From: an uncultured Chloroflexia bacterium
GTDB taxonomy: Bacteria > Chloroflexota > Limnocylindria > QHBO01
Direction of reading: 5' to 3'
NCBI GenBank assembly: GCA_963811145.1
Contig: CAWEQC010000003.1
Coordinates: 674,897-738,896 of the forward strand
Length of the DNA: 64,000 nucleotides
The translations under genes were made by a program, and so were the position numbers. Numbering within the stretch: the first letter of the stretch is position 1; every line of letters starts with the position of its first letter. Of this stretch, positions 18,996-27,834 are shown in pieces. The notes beneath the pieces are model-generated. The model was not told the DNA's origin, ran no database searches, and was given only the letters and a program-made list of their open reading frames with translations.

Positions 18996-19896
18996 ATCGG
19001 TTCCGCAGCAGGATGGCGCTCGCATTGACGAGCAGGATGACGACGAGCAGCACGACGATCGCGGCCGAGGTGAGTGCGCGGAACTCGTCCTGAGGCTGCC
19101 CCGACCAGTTGAAGATGATGGTGGGGAGGGCGGTGTATGCGCCGGTCAGCATGTCGCCGACACCTCCGTTGCTGAACGTGCCGGCGATGGCGCCGACCAT
19201 CAGGAGCGGCGCCGTCTCACCGAACGCGCGGGCCAGGGTCAGGATCGTGCCGGTCAGGATCCCAGGCGCGGCGTACGGCACCACGTGGCTGCGGACCATC
19301 TCCCAGCGAGTCGCACCGACGCCGAGTGCGGCCTCGCGAATGCTGTTCGGCACAGCCCGCAGCGCTTCGGAGGTGGTGATCACCGCGATCGGGAGCACGA
19401 GCACCGCAAGCGTCAGGCCGCCGGCGATGAGGGATTTGCCCAGGCTCAGGGTGCTGACGAACAGGGCCAGTCCAAGCAGCCCATAGACGATGGCGGGCAC
19501 GCCCGCGAGGTTGCGGATGTTGGTCCGGATCAGCCGCGTCAGCCACGTGTCGTGGGCGTACTCCTCGAGGTAGATCGCCGCACCGATGCCCATCGGCAGC
19601 GCGATCACCGCGACGAAGCCCATGAGCAACACGGAGCCGAGGATGCCCTGGGCGATGCCTGCGCGAGCAGGTCGTGACGAAAGGGGTGACGTGAGGAAGT
19701 CGAGCGGGCGCTCCGCGAATACCGGCAGCGAGCGGATGAGGATGTCGGCCACCAGGACCACGAGCACGCCGAGCGCGACGAGCAGCGAGAGCAGCAGCGC
19801 CCCCTGCAGCAGGAGCCCGCGCCTGTCGCCGCCGCCGGAGCGCAGCCGTTTCTCGACTGCCTCGCGCGTGGTGATCGCCTGTGCTCGCGTGGCCAT
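18979..19896 (-). CDS. pstA: Phosphate ABC transporter permease PstA
   Basis: It is a 6-TM protein with the BPD permease EAA-like loop ([14 protein letters not shown]). Confidence 0.85.
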   Translation of the reverse strand: MATRAQAITTREAVEKRLRSGGGDRRGLLLQGALLLSLLVALGVLVVLVADILIRSLPVFAERPLDFLTSPLSSRPARAGIAQGILGSVLLMGFVAVIALPMGIGAAIYLEEYAHDTWLTRLIRTNIRNLAGVPAIVYGLLGLALFVSTLSLGKSLIAGGLTLAVLVLPIAVITTSEALRAVPNSIREAALGVGATRWEMVRSHVVPYAAPGILTGTILTLARAFGETAPLLMVGAIAGTFSNGGVGDMLTGAYTALPTIIFNWSGQPQDEFRALTSAAIVVLLVVILLVNASAILLRNRYDRKW

Positions 19897-20837
19897 CAGT
19901 ACTGGCGCCTCACGCGGCGGACGAACGCTTCGCTGATGAGATTGAGCGCAAGCGTCATCAGGAACAGCAGCATGCCGACGAAGAACAGGCTCTCGAAGGT
20001 CAGCTCGGCGCCGCGCACATTGTCGGAGCCGATGGCGAGTGCCGTCATGGCGGCCGTCATGGTCTGCCCCGGCTCGAACGGGTTGACCTCGAACAGCGAG
20101 CCGCCGGTCCCGCCGGCGGCGATCGAGACGATCATCGTCTCGCCGATGGCGCGCGAGACACCGAGCAGGAGCGCGGCGACGATGCCAGACACGGCGGCAG
20201 GCACGACGACGCGCAGCGTGGTCGTGCGTTTCCTGGCTCCCAGGCCGTATGAGGCTTCGCGCAGGTAGCTGGGCACCGCGTGCATGGCGTCCTCGCTGAT
20301 CGACGCGACGAGCGGCGTGATCAGGATGCCGACCGCCAGCCCGGCCGACGCCATGTTCGACAGCGGCGCACCCGTCAGTGGCTGCACGAGGTTCGGGCTG
20401 ATCCAGGTGAGGGCGAAGAAGCCGAGGACGACGCTCGGAATCGAGGCGAGGATCTCGAGGATGGGCTTGAGCAGCTTTCGCACGCGCGGCGAGGCGTACT
20501 CCGACAGGTAGATCCCGGCGCCCAGGCCCAGCGGGGTCGCGACGAGCATCGCGACGCCACTGATGACGAGGGTGCCGGCCACGATGGTCGGGATGCCGTA
20601 CAGGCCGCGGCGGGGGAACCAGCCGTCTGCCAGCAGGGCACTTGCATCGACGTTGATCAGGAAGTACAGGGCGTTGCCGAGGAGCGAGAAGATGATCGCG
20701 CCGCTGATGAGGATCGACAGGCCGGCAGCCGAGAGGAAGAAGGCGCGGACGAGCAGTTCCCTGGTGCGCCGGCGGCCGGCAATCTGGAAGTCAGCGGGCG
20801 TGAGACGCGCAGACGGTTGTGCGTTGCTGGCCGTCAT
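19896..20837 (-). CDS. pstC: Phosphate ABC transporter permease PstC
   Basis: It has a PstC-like TM profile (RAIGETMIVSIAAGG). Confidence 0.85.
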   Translation of the reverse strand: MTASNAQPSARLTPADFQIAGRRRTRELLVRAFFLSAAGLSILISGAIIFSLLGNALYFLINVDASALLADGWFPRRGLYGIPTIVAGTLVISGVAMLVATPLGLGAGIYLSEYASPRVRKLLKPILEILASIPSVVLGFFALTWISPNLVQPLTGAPLSNMASAGLAVGILITPLVASISEDAMHAVPSYLREASYGLGARKRTTTLRVVVPAAVSGIVAALLLGVSRAIGETMIVSIAAGGTGGSLFEVNPFEPGQTMTAAMTALAIGSDNVRGAELTFESLFFVGMLLFLMTLALNLISEAFVRRVRRQY

Positions 20838-20928
20838 CGGTCACTCATGGTACTTCGGCGGCGGGACGTGGAGCGCCGGGCCGGGCAAGAGGAGCTCGCC
20901 CGGCCCGGTGGAGGTGGAGGGCCCTCTG

Positions 20929-21975
20929 TCAGCGGCCGTCCCAGGTCGCGCGGGCCTCCTCGAGGGCGGCTGCGTCGAGGGCGACGTAGTCGGCCTCGGT
21001 CACGGCGGCGATCCCGTCATCGGAGAGGTAGTAGTCCACGAACGCGGCCAGCTCTGGGCGGGCCGCGGCCTCCTCGGCATTCACGTAGATGAACAGCGGG
21101 CGGCTCATGGGGTAGTCGCCGGATGCGATCGTCTCCGGTGTCGGGGCGACGCAGCCGTCTCCGCCGTCGACCTCGAGCGACTTCACGCTGTCGCTGCTCT
21201 CATCGGCGAAGGCGAAGCCGACCCAGCCCAGCGAGCTCGGGGAACCGCCAATGTTCTCGATGATCACGTTGTCATCGGCTGAGGCCTGGTAGTCGGGTTG
21301 CGTGACGGCCTCCTGGCCTCGAGCCTCGGCGAGCTTGGCGATCGCGAACTCGACGAAGCTGTCGTATGTGCCGGACTCCTCACCGGGCGCGGTGATGTCG
21401 AGGGGTGCGTCCGCGGGGTACGGCGCGTGGATCTCGCCGTAGTCGCCCGAGCCGATCTCATCGGCGAGCGCATCGGCGTCGGACCAGTTCTCGAATCCCT
21501 GTGACTCGGGGCCGAGCAGCGCGTACAGGTCGGCAAAGCTCAGGCAGGTCACGTCGGCGTTGTCATGCGAGGTGATGACGCTCAAACCGTCGATCCCGAC
21601 CTGGAGCTCGACGTAGCTGATGCCCGCCTCGTCGCAGAGCGCCGCCTCCTCGTCCTTGATGGCACGAGACGCATCGGCGACGTCGATCTCACCGGCGCAG
21701 AAGAGGGCAAAGCCGTCGCCGGTGCCGGGCCCGTCGACGGAATACTGGACGTCGGGATTGGCGGCCGAGAAGTCCTCGGCCACGATCGAGCTGATCGGCT
21801 CGACCGTCGATGAGCCCGAGATGACGATCTCGCCGCTCAGGTCACCGCCGGCTGTCGCGGGTGCCGGATCGTCGGAATTGCCGGCGTTCGGGTTGCTGGA
21901 ACATGCAGCGAGGGTGAGGATCCCCACCGTCGCGATCGCGAGCGCGGGTCGGAGCCCGATGCGCTTGAGGTTCAA
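20929..21975 (-). CDS. pstS: Phosphate-binding lipoprotein PstS
   Basis: The lipobox is LTLAACSS and the PBP motif is GSSTVEPIS. The preferred start is TTG at 21975, 5 nt after RBS GGAGGAG. The upstream ATG at 22008 has no RBS. Confidence 0.8.
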   Translation of the reverse strand: MNLKRIGLRPALAIATVGILTLAACSSNPNAGNSDDPAPATAGGDLSGEIVISGSSTVEPISSIVAEDFSAANPDVQYSVDGPGTGDGFALFCAGEIDVADASRAIKDEEAALCDEAGISYVELQVGIDGLSVITSHDNADVTCLSFADLYALLGPESQGFENWSDADALADEIGSGDYGEIHAPYPADAPLDITAPGEESGTYDSFVEFAIAKLAEARGQEAVTQPDYQASADDNVIIENIGGSPSSLGWVGFAFADESSDSVKSLEVDGGDGCVAPTPETIASGDYPMSRPLFIYVNAEEAAARPELAAFVDYYLSDDGIAAVTEADYVALDAAALEEARATWDGR

Positions 21976-22051
21976 TTCATCTCCTCCGAGTGGCTGCCCC
22001 TGCCGCATGGCACGTCGGGCGCACGTTGATAGCTCCAGCCTCGGGGGTCGC

Positions 22052-22095
22052 GTTTAACGCTGGCTTAGCGATGGGTCAACGGTGTGTTAAGGGCG
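22052..22095. promoter_or_regulatory. Four consecutive 11-bp direct repeats (PHO-box-like) upstream of pstS
   Basis: The units are GTTTAACGCTG, GCTTAGCGATG, GGTCAACGGTG and TGTTAAGGGCG, with cores TTAACG/TTAGCG/TCAACG/TTAAGG at an exact 11-bp period. They sit 44-77 nt from the candidate pstS starts, in the pit-pstS intergenic region. Confidence 0.4.
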
Positions 22096-22157
22096 CCGAT
22101 GCCGGCCCGCGGCCGGCTGAGCGCAGGGTCCACGCGAGGCCTGGCTGACCGCAGGCG

Positions 22158-23162
22158 TCAGCCCAGGATGGGGCGCAGGACGAGGTACGCGAGCGCCGCG
22201 GCGGTCGCGGAGGCCGGTAGCGTGAGGATCCAGGCGGTGACGATGCTGCGAGCCACGCCCCAGCGGACCGTCTTGAATCGGTCCGACGAGCCGACGCCCA
22301 TGATGGCCGAGCTGATGACGTGGGTCGTGCTCACGGGCATCCCGAAATGGGAGGCCGTGAAGATGACGGTCGCCGCGGTCGTCTCGGCGGCGAAGCCGTG
22401 GACGGGGTCGAGCTTGACGACCCTGCTTCCCATCGTCTTGATGATCCGCCAGCCGCCGGCGGCAGTACCGAGGCTGATCGCGCTCGCCGCCACGATGATC
22501 ACCCAGAGCGGGACCACGAACTCGGGGATCACGCCCGCCGTCACCAGCGCCAGGGTCATGATCCCCATCGTCTTCTGGGCATCGTTGCTGCCGTGGCTGA
22601 ACGCCATCCACGCGGCCGAGAGCACCTGGAGCCGACGGAAGACGCCGTTGAGCCGAGCCGGATGGGCGCGCCGGAAGACGTTGAAGATCAGGGCCATCAG
22701 GAGCAGCCCGACGACGAACCCGATGATCGGCGACGCGACGAGCGGGAGGAGGACCTTGCCGACGATGCCGTCGATCTGCCAGGAGCCGAAACCGGCCGCG
22801 ATGAAGGCCGCTCCCAGCAGCCCGCCGATCAGCGCGTGGCTCGAGGACGACGGGATCCCGAGACGCCAGGTGAGCAGGTTCCAGATGATGGCGCCCACCA
22901 GTGCCGCGGCGATCACCGTCTGCGACTCGGCGCTCGTCCCCTTGATCAGGCCCGAGCCGACCGTCGACGCCACTGCCGTACCGGTCAGCGCGCCGGCGAA
23001 ATTCGCAACGGCGCTCATGGCGATGGCCCACGCCGGCTTCAGGGCACGCGTGCTGACACTGGTGGCGATCGCGTTGGCGGTGTCGTGGAACCCGTTGATG
23101 TAGTCGAACGCGATGGCCAGTCCGAGGACGGCGAGCAGGACGAGGGTGAAGCCCTCAAGCAT
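22158..23162 (-). CDS. pit: Low-affinity inorganic phosphate transporter (PiT family)
   Basis: It carries the PHO4/PiT signature (GFHDTANAIATSV) and the repeat GSNDAQKTMG. Confidence 0.85.
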   Translation of the reverse strand: MLEGFTLVLLAVLGLAIAFDYINGFHDTANAIATSVSTRALKPAWAIAMSAVANFAGALTGTAVASTVGSGLIKGTSAESQTVIAAALVGAIIWNLLTWRLGIPSSSSHALIGGLLGAAFIAAGFGSWQIDGIVGKVLLPLVASPIIGFVVGLLLMALIFNVFRRAHPARLNGVFRRLQVLSAAWMAFSHGSNDAQKTMGIMTLALVTAGVIPEFVVPLWVIIVAASAISLGTAAGGWRIIKTMGSRVVKLDPVHGFAAETTAATVIFTASHFGMPVSTTHVISSAIMGVGSSDRFKTVRWGVARSIVTAWILTLPASATAAALAYLVLRPILG

Positions 23163-23772
23163 GCTTGACGACGATCCGCTCGATCACGTTGGCCACGTCC
23201 TCACACGAGTCGATCGTGTCCTCGAGGAGTGTGTAGAGGTCCTTCCACTTGATGATCTCGACCGGGTCATTGCCGTTCGTGAAGAGCGCGGCGATGGCCT
23301 GGCGAGCGACGCGGTCGCCGTCGTTTTCGAGCCGATGGATCTCTATCCAGTGCGGGGTGATGTCCTTGAAGCCCTTGAGCTTCTCAAGTGCCCGCACGAT
23401 CTCCTCACATTGCCGCACGACGATCGCCGTCTGCTCGCGCGCGGTGTCGGTCGGCGCATCGATCTTGTAGAGGAGACACGTGTCGGCCACCTCCTCGATG
23501 AAGTCCAGGACGTCATCGAGGCGGCTGATCAGCTGATGGATGTCCTCGCGATCGAACGGCGTGACGAAGGTGTGCTCGAGCTTGTGGCCGATGTCGTGGC
23601 TCAGCCCGTCGCCCTTTCGCTCGAGGTCGCGCAGCTGGCTCGCGAGCCGCTCGCGCTGGTCGTAGGAACGGAAGAACTCCTCCAGCAGCCGGGCGCCCGC
23701 CAGGACATTGTTGGCATCGTCGACGAAGAGCTCGAAGAACTTCTCCTCGCGCGGAATGAAGGGAAGGCGCAT
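23155..23772 (-). CDS. DUF47/PhoU-like Pit accessory protein
   Basis: It is an all-helical 205-aa protein (MRLPFIPREEKFFELF...) immediately upstream of pit and overlapping it. The real start is the internal ATG at 23772. The upstream part of ORF 23155..24573 is non-coding. Confidence 0.75.
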   Translation of the reverse strand: MRLPFIPREEKFFELFVDDANNVLAGARLLEEFFRSYDQRERLASQLRDLERKGDGLSHDIGHKLEHTFVTPFDREDIHQLISRLDDVLDFIEEVADTCLLYKIDAPTDTAREQTAIVVRQCEEIVRALEKLKGFKDITPHWIEIHRLENDGDRVARQAIAALFTNGNDPVEIIKWKDLYTLLEDTIDSCEDVANVIERIVVKHA

Positions 23773-23805
23773 GAGCGCGTGGGGACTCCATGAGGGAGCG
23801 CGGGG

Positions 23806-23828
23806 GAGCGATGGCTCCTCCATCGCTC
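23806..23828. promoter_or_regulatory. Perfect 9-bp inverted repeat (GAGCGATGG-ctcct-CCATCGCTC) in the DUF47-pit leader
   Basis: It was read directly from the sequence, about 35-55 nt upstream of the DUF47 start codon. Confidence 0.3.
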
Positions 23829-23904
23829 GTGGGCTCGGCGCAAGCGTACTCGTTCGATGCCGCACAGGCGCGCACAGCCGGGCAGCAACCAGGGCGGACT
23901 TGAT

Positions 23905-23926
23905 TATATCGATGGTGATCGATATA
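23905..23926. promoter_or_regulatory. AT-rich perfect palindrome TATATCGAT-ggtg-ATCGATATA, candidate ArsR operator
   Basis: It has 9-bp perfect arms and a 4-bp spacer in an otherwise ~70% GC genome, and it ends 9 nt before the arsR ATG. Confidence 0.4.
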
Positions 23927-23934
23927 GTGCGCGA

Positions 23935-24225
23935 ATGCGAAGCACCGACCCCGACGTCCAGCTGCTCTCCGCCCTTGCCGATCCGGTCCGCCTGTCGTTC
24001 GTCCGGCAGCTCGCCGAGAACGACGGCATCTGCGCATGTGACTTCAGCGAGTGCTGCACCGTCAGCCAACCCACCATCAGCCATCACCTGAAGGTGCTTC
24101 GCGAGGCCGGGGTGCTCAGCAGCGAGCGCCAGGGCACGAACATCATCTACTCGCTGTCCCCGGACTTCGCCCATCGCTGGGCGGGGCTCGGCGCCAGCCT
24201 GTCCGGCCTCGTCCAGGTCGGCTGA
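23935..24225 (+). CDS. arsR: ArsR/SmtB-family metalloregulator
   Basis: The HTH is LSFVRQLAENDGICACDFSECCTVSQPTISHHLKVLREAG, with Cys residues in the metal-sensing helix. The start is taken at the internal ATG 23935. The upstream ORF extension overlaps the palindrome. Confidence 0.7.
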   Translation: MRSTDPDVQLLSALADPVRLSFVRQLAENDGICACDFSECCTVSQPTISHHLKVLREAGVLSSERQGTNIIYSLSPDFAHRWAGLGASLSGLVQVG

Positions 24226-24243
24226 CCGTGAAGGAGCCTCCGA

Positions 24244-25046
24244 TGACCGATCAGATCCACGAGATGGTCCGCGAGCGTTACGCCGCGGCAGCCACGCAGG
24301 CAGCGGCCGGAACCGGGGCCTGCTGCGGGCCCGAGGACGGCATCGGCGCCGGCCTGTACAGCGTGCTCGAGCGAGACGAGCTGCCGGACGCGGCCGTGCT
24401 TGCATCGCTGGGCTGCGGCAATCCGACCGCCGTCGCCGACCTCCACGAAGGCGAACGAGTGCTGGATCTCGGGTCGGGGGGCGGGATCGACGTGCTGCTC
24501 TCGGCCCGCCGTGTTGGACCGACGGGCCGTGCGTTCGGGCTCGACATGACCGACGAGATGCTCGCCCTCGCAAGGCGCAATGCCGACGAGGCCGGCGCCA
24601 CGAACGTCGAATTCCTCAAGGGTCAGATCGAGGCGATCCCCCTGCCGGCCGGTTCGATCGACGTCGTGATCAGCAATTGCGTGGTCAACCTCGCCGCCGA
24701 CAAGCCGGCGGTCTTCCGGGAAATCGCGCGCGTCCTGCGTCCCGGCGGCCGCATCGGGATCAGCGACATCGTCGCCGACGACGCACTGACGCCCGCCCAG
24801 CGCGCTGAGCGCGGCTCGTACGTCGGCTGCATCGCGGGCGCTCTGTCGTTCACGGAATTCGAATCGGGGCTGCGCGATGCGGGGCTGATCGATGTCTCGC
24901 TGACCACCACCCATCTCGTCACCGATGGCATGCACAGCGTGATCGCGAAGGCAACCAAGCCCGCCTCGGCCGCTGCGGCGGCCCCGATGGCCGAGCTGGC
25001 GATGGCGACCTCCGGTTGCGGCTGCGGCTCTGGAGGCTGCTGCTAG
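24244..25046 (+). CDS. arsM: Arsenite S-adenosylmethionine methyltransferase (ArsM-like)
   Basis: The SAM-binding motif is [12 protein letters not shown]. Conserved Cys residues lie near the N-terminus (GACCGP) and in the middle (VGCIAG), and the tail is Cys-rich ([11 protein letters not shown]). Confidence 0.65.
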
Positions 25047-25357
25047 GCCAGACCGGCCAGCCGAGCTAGGGCGGCCGCCGCGGCGGCCACCACGACCACG
25101 ATCAGGATCGGCGCGCGCAGCATGATCGCCAGGGCGGCCACGGCCACGCCGATGAGCCGGGCGTCGGCCACCAGGTGCTGGCCAGATGCGAACGTGTTGG
25201 TTGCGACCAGTGCCGCCAGCAGCGCGGGCGCCAGCATCGCCACCACGCTCTGCACGCGCTCCGGCAGCGGTCGCCCGCCGAGCAGCACCGGGCCGGAGGC
25301 CTTGATCGCGATCGTGCCCAGCCCCACGGCCAACACGACGAGCCAGGCGTCGCTCAC
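25043..25357 (-). CDS. azlD: Branched-chain amino acid exporter small subunit AzlD
   Basis: It is about 104 aa, hydrophobic, with GTG start at 25357 overlapping the azlC stop as GTGA. Confidence 0.6.
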   Translation of the reverse strand: MSDAWLVVLAVGLGTIAIKASGPVLLGGRPLPERVQSVVAMLAPALLAALVATNTFASGQHLVADARLIGVAVAALAIMLRAPILIVVVVAAAAAALARLAGLA

Positions 25358-26028
25358 CTTCGGACCAGGCCGATCAGCGCAGCAGCAGCGGCGGCGATGA
25401 TCGGGACGCCCGCCGGCGCGAACGGCACCAGCGCGAGCGCGATCCCGGCGCCGAGCAACGCTGCGGCCACCGCCTTGCCGCCACCAATCTGAAGCATCAG
25501 CAGCGCGAGGAAGAGCGCCGGGAAGGCCGCGTCGAGACCGAGCGCCGCCGGATCGCCGAGCGCCTCGCCGCCGAGGACGCCGATCACCGTTCCCGCCACC
25601 CACGCCAGCCAGAGCACGACGCCCGCGCCGACGAGCCGCTGCGGGTCGAACCGGCCGTCGCCGCGCGATGCGATCGCCCACGACTCGTCGACGATGAGCT
25701 GAGCCGTCAGAAAGCGCCGCAACGGACCTCCGCGCAGGAACGGCGCGACGCTCACACCTATCGGGACGTAGCGCGCATTCAGCAGCAGCGCCGCTGCAAT
25801 GGCGGCGATCGGCTGTCCGCCGCCGGCAAGGATCGACGCAGCGGCGAACTGTGCCGAACCGGCGAAGGTGGTGGCGCTCATGACGATCGCCGGCAGTGCC
25901 CCCATTCCGCCGGACGAGGCCGATAGGACGCCGAACGAGACGCCGAACAGGCCCACCGCGACTGCCAACGGCAGCGCCGTCACGGCGCCATGGCGCAGCT
26001 CAAATCGACTGTGCGGCTCGTTCTCCAC
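25354..26028 (-). CDS. azlC: AzlC-family branched-chain amino acid exporter
   Basis: It has an AzlC profile (TFAGSAQFAAASILAGGG...LLLNARYVPIGVS). Confidence 0.7.
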   Translation of the reverse strand: MENEPHSRFELRHGAVTALPLAVAVGLFGVSFGVLSASSGGMGALPAIVMSATTFAGSAQFAAASILAGGGQPIAAIAAALLLNARYVPIGVSVAPFLRGGPLRRFLTAQLIVDESWAIASRGDGRFDPQRLVGAGVVLWLAWVAGTVIGVLGGEALGDPAALGLDAAFPALFLALLMLQIGGGKAVAAALLGAGIALALVPFAPAGVPIIAAAAAALIGLVRR

Positions 26029-26197
26029 GGACCGATGCTAGCGGCCGGTGGCGATCGTCACCCGGTGCCCGTCGGCACCACTGCCGATCCTCGGAGAGGT
26101 GCAGTCCGGTGCGGAGGATGGCAGTATGGACGGCCACATGCCGGCGCGGTACCCGAGCCACCGTCGCCCCTGATCGGATCCAGGAGGACCATCCCGC

Positions 26198-27277
26198 ATG
26201 ACCCGTTCTCGCCGCGGCACCTTCTCGATACTCGCGATTGCGACAAGCCTGACACTGGCGTTGCCCGCCAGTGTGCTCGGCAACCACGGCTTCCCGAATC
26301 CCGCTCCGTACGTCGCCTTCACGGGCGCCGTGACTGACGGCCGGATCGTGCCGCTCATCAACAGCGGCGACGAATACCAGGGCATAACGTTCGAGGGGAT
26401 CCCGGACGGGATCGGCGTCGTGCCAGGCACCGGCACGATCGACCTCTACGTGACCCATGAGCAGTCCCACGTGCCATTCAGCGGATTCGCCGACTTCCAG
26501 GATTCGTCGGTCTCGCGCGTCACCGTCGACATCGCGGATCCGGACGACATCCAGGTCACCGGCCTGGACGTGGCCCTGTCCCCCGACCTGGGCTTCATTC
26601 GGTTCTGCTCGGCCACTATGGTCGGCCCGGCGGAGGGGTTCGCCGATTACACCTTCCTGGTCAACGAGGAGTCCAACGACATCATCGACGTGCCCGCGGG
26701 CGCTCCGTACGGGGCCGATCCGGCCGTCGCGCCCTATCGACAGGCCGGGTACAGCGCGGCCCTCGACACCTCCGACGGGTCGGTGACCACGCTCACAACG
26801 ATGGGCAGACACAATCACGAGAACACGGTCCCCGTGCCTGGCGGCTGGAGGTGGACCGCCGCACTCTCGGGGGACGACACGTTCACGGCACCCTCATCGC
26901 AGCTCTACCTGCACACGGCGAACGATCCCGCGCAGCTCGTCTCGGGCAAGGGACAGCTGTGGGCCTTCCAGGTGACGGCTACCGACGAGGGAACGGTCGA
27001 CCCGTATGACCCGCAAAACAATGCAAACGACTACCTCGAGATCGGCACCAATGAGTCGTGGTCCGGCCGATTCATTCACGTGCCGAATGACATCGCCCGC
27101 GGCGTGACGGCGGAGGCGCCGCAGACGGCGCTCGAGAACTGGTCGAATGCGAACAACGTGTTCCAGTTCGTCCGCGTCGAGGACATCGGCTATGACCCTG
27201 ACAGTCCTCGGACGGTGTACTTCGCCGATACCGGCACGACCAGGTTGTCCGAAGATCCCAACACGGGCGGCTCGTGA
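26198..27277 (+). CDS. Secreted protein of unknown function, N-terminal part of a split gene
   Basis: It has a signal peptide (MTRSRRGTFSILAIATSLTLALPASVLG). It ends in stop TGA, which overlaps the next ORF start as GTGA. Confidence 0.5.
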   Translation: MTRSRRGTFSILAIATSLTLALPASVLGNHGFPNPAPYVAFTGAVTDGRIVPLINSGDEYQGITFEGIPDGIGVVPGTGTIDLYVTHEQSHVPFSGFADFQDSSVSRVTVDIADPDDIQVTGLDVALSPDLGFIRFCSATMVGPAEGFADYTFLVNEESNDIIDVPAGAPYGADPAVAPYRQAGYSAALDTSDGSVTTLTTMGRHNHENTVPVPGGWRWTAALSGDDTFTAPSSQLYLHTANDPAQLVSGKGQLWAFQVTATDEGTVDPYDPQNNANDYLEIGTNESWSGRFIHVPNDIARGVTAEAPQTALENWSNANNVFQFVRVEDIGYDPDSPRTVYFADTGTTRLSEDPNTGGS

Positions 27278-27726
27278 GACTCGCCTCCGGAGGCACGAAC
27301 TCCGACGGCCGCGTCTTCAAGATGGTCCTGAACGCGAAGGATCCGCGCATCGTCGACTCGTTCAGCATCGTTCTGGACGCGAGCTCGGTTGGCATGCGGA
27401 ACCCCGACAATATCGCGGTCGGGCACAACAGCATCATGGTCCAGGAAGACCCGCCGTCCGGCGCCAAGGTGTGGCGCTACGACTTTGCGGGGAATTGGAC
27501 GCATATTGCGACCGCGACGCAGCCGATCGCAGAGACGAGCGGAATCGTCGATGTTTCCACCTGGCTGGGCCCGGGTTGGTGGGCGCTCGACGTCCAGTCG
27601 CACGTGAACAAGGACCTCGGTCCGGCGGGGCAGGTCTACACCACGCCGATCACCGGGACGCAGATCACCTACCAGACGCGCCGTGAGGATGGCCAGCTGC
27701 TGCTGATGCAGATTCCGGGCAGCTGA
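27274..27726 (+). CDS. Continuation or C-terminal part of the same secreted protein (frame +2 relative to 26198)
   Basis: Its GTG start lies inside the upstream stop. It has no signal peptide of its own. A terminator hairpin follows at 27748. Confidence 0.4.
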   Translation: MRLASGGTNSDGRVFKMVLNAKDPRIVDSFSIVLDASSVGMRNPDNIAVGHNSIMVQEDPPSGAKVWRYDFAGNWTHIATATQPIAETSGIVDVSTWLGPGWWALDVQSHVNKDLGPAGQVYTTPITGTQITYQTRREDGQLLLMQIPGS

Positions 27727-27747
27727 CCCACCCCGGTCCCAATCGCA

Positions 27748-27775
27748 GGAGCCGCTCGGTCCGCCGGGCGGCTCC
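27748..27775 (+). terminator. Intrinsic terminator-like hairpin after the secreted-protein ORFs
   Basis: The hairpin is GGAGCCGC-tcggtccgccgg-GCGGCTCC, followed by TCGTATTCGT. Confidence 0.4.
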
Positions 27776-27805
27776 TCGTATTCGTGGTCGTGGTGCTGGC
27801 TTGAC

Positions 27806-27834
27806 ACGAGTCATATATTCACAATATGACTCGT
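27806..27834. promoter_or_regulatory. 11-bp perfect inverted repeat ACGAGTCATAT-attcaca-ATATGACTCGT, candidate TetR operator
   Basis: The left arm abuts a TTGACA hexamer (27801-27806). The right arm contains the tetR ATG (27826). Confidence 0.45.

Noticed and set aside
23155-24573. 472-aa ORF that would extend the DUF47 protein 270 aa upstream through the arsR region
   Set aside because: The N-terminal extension is Arg/Pro-rich junk and overlaps arsR and its operator. The DUF47 family begins at the internal Met (MRLPFIP).
26030-26198. GTCACC-containing 11-mers upstream of the secreted protein, considered as a second PHO box
   Set aside because: It has only one to two weak units and no regular 11-bp phasing like that at 22052..22095.
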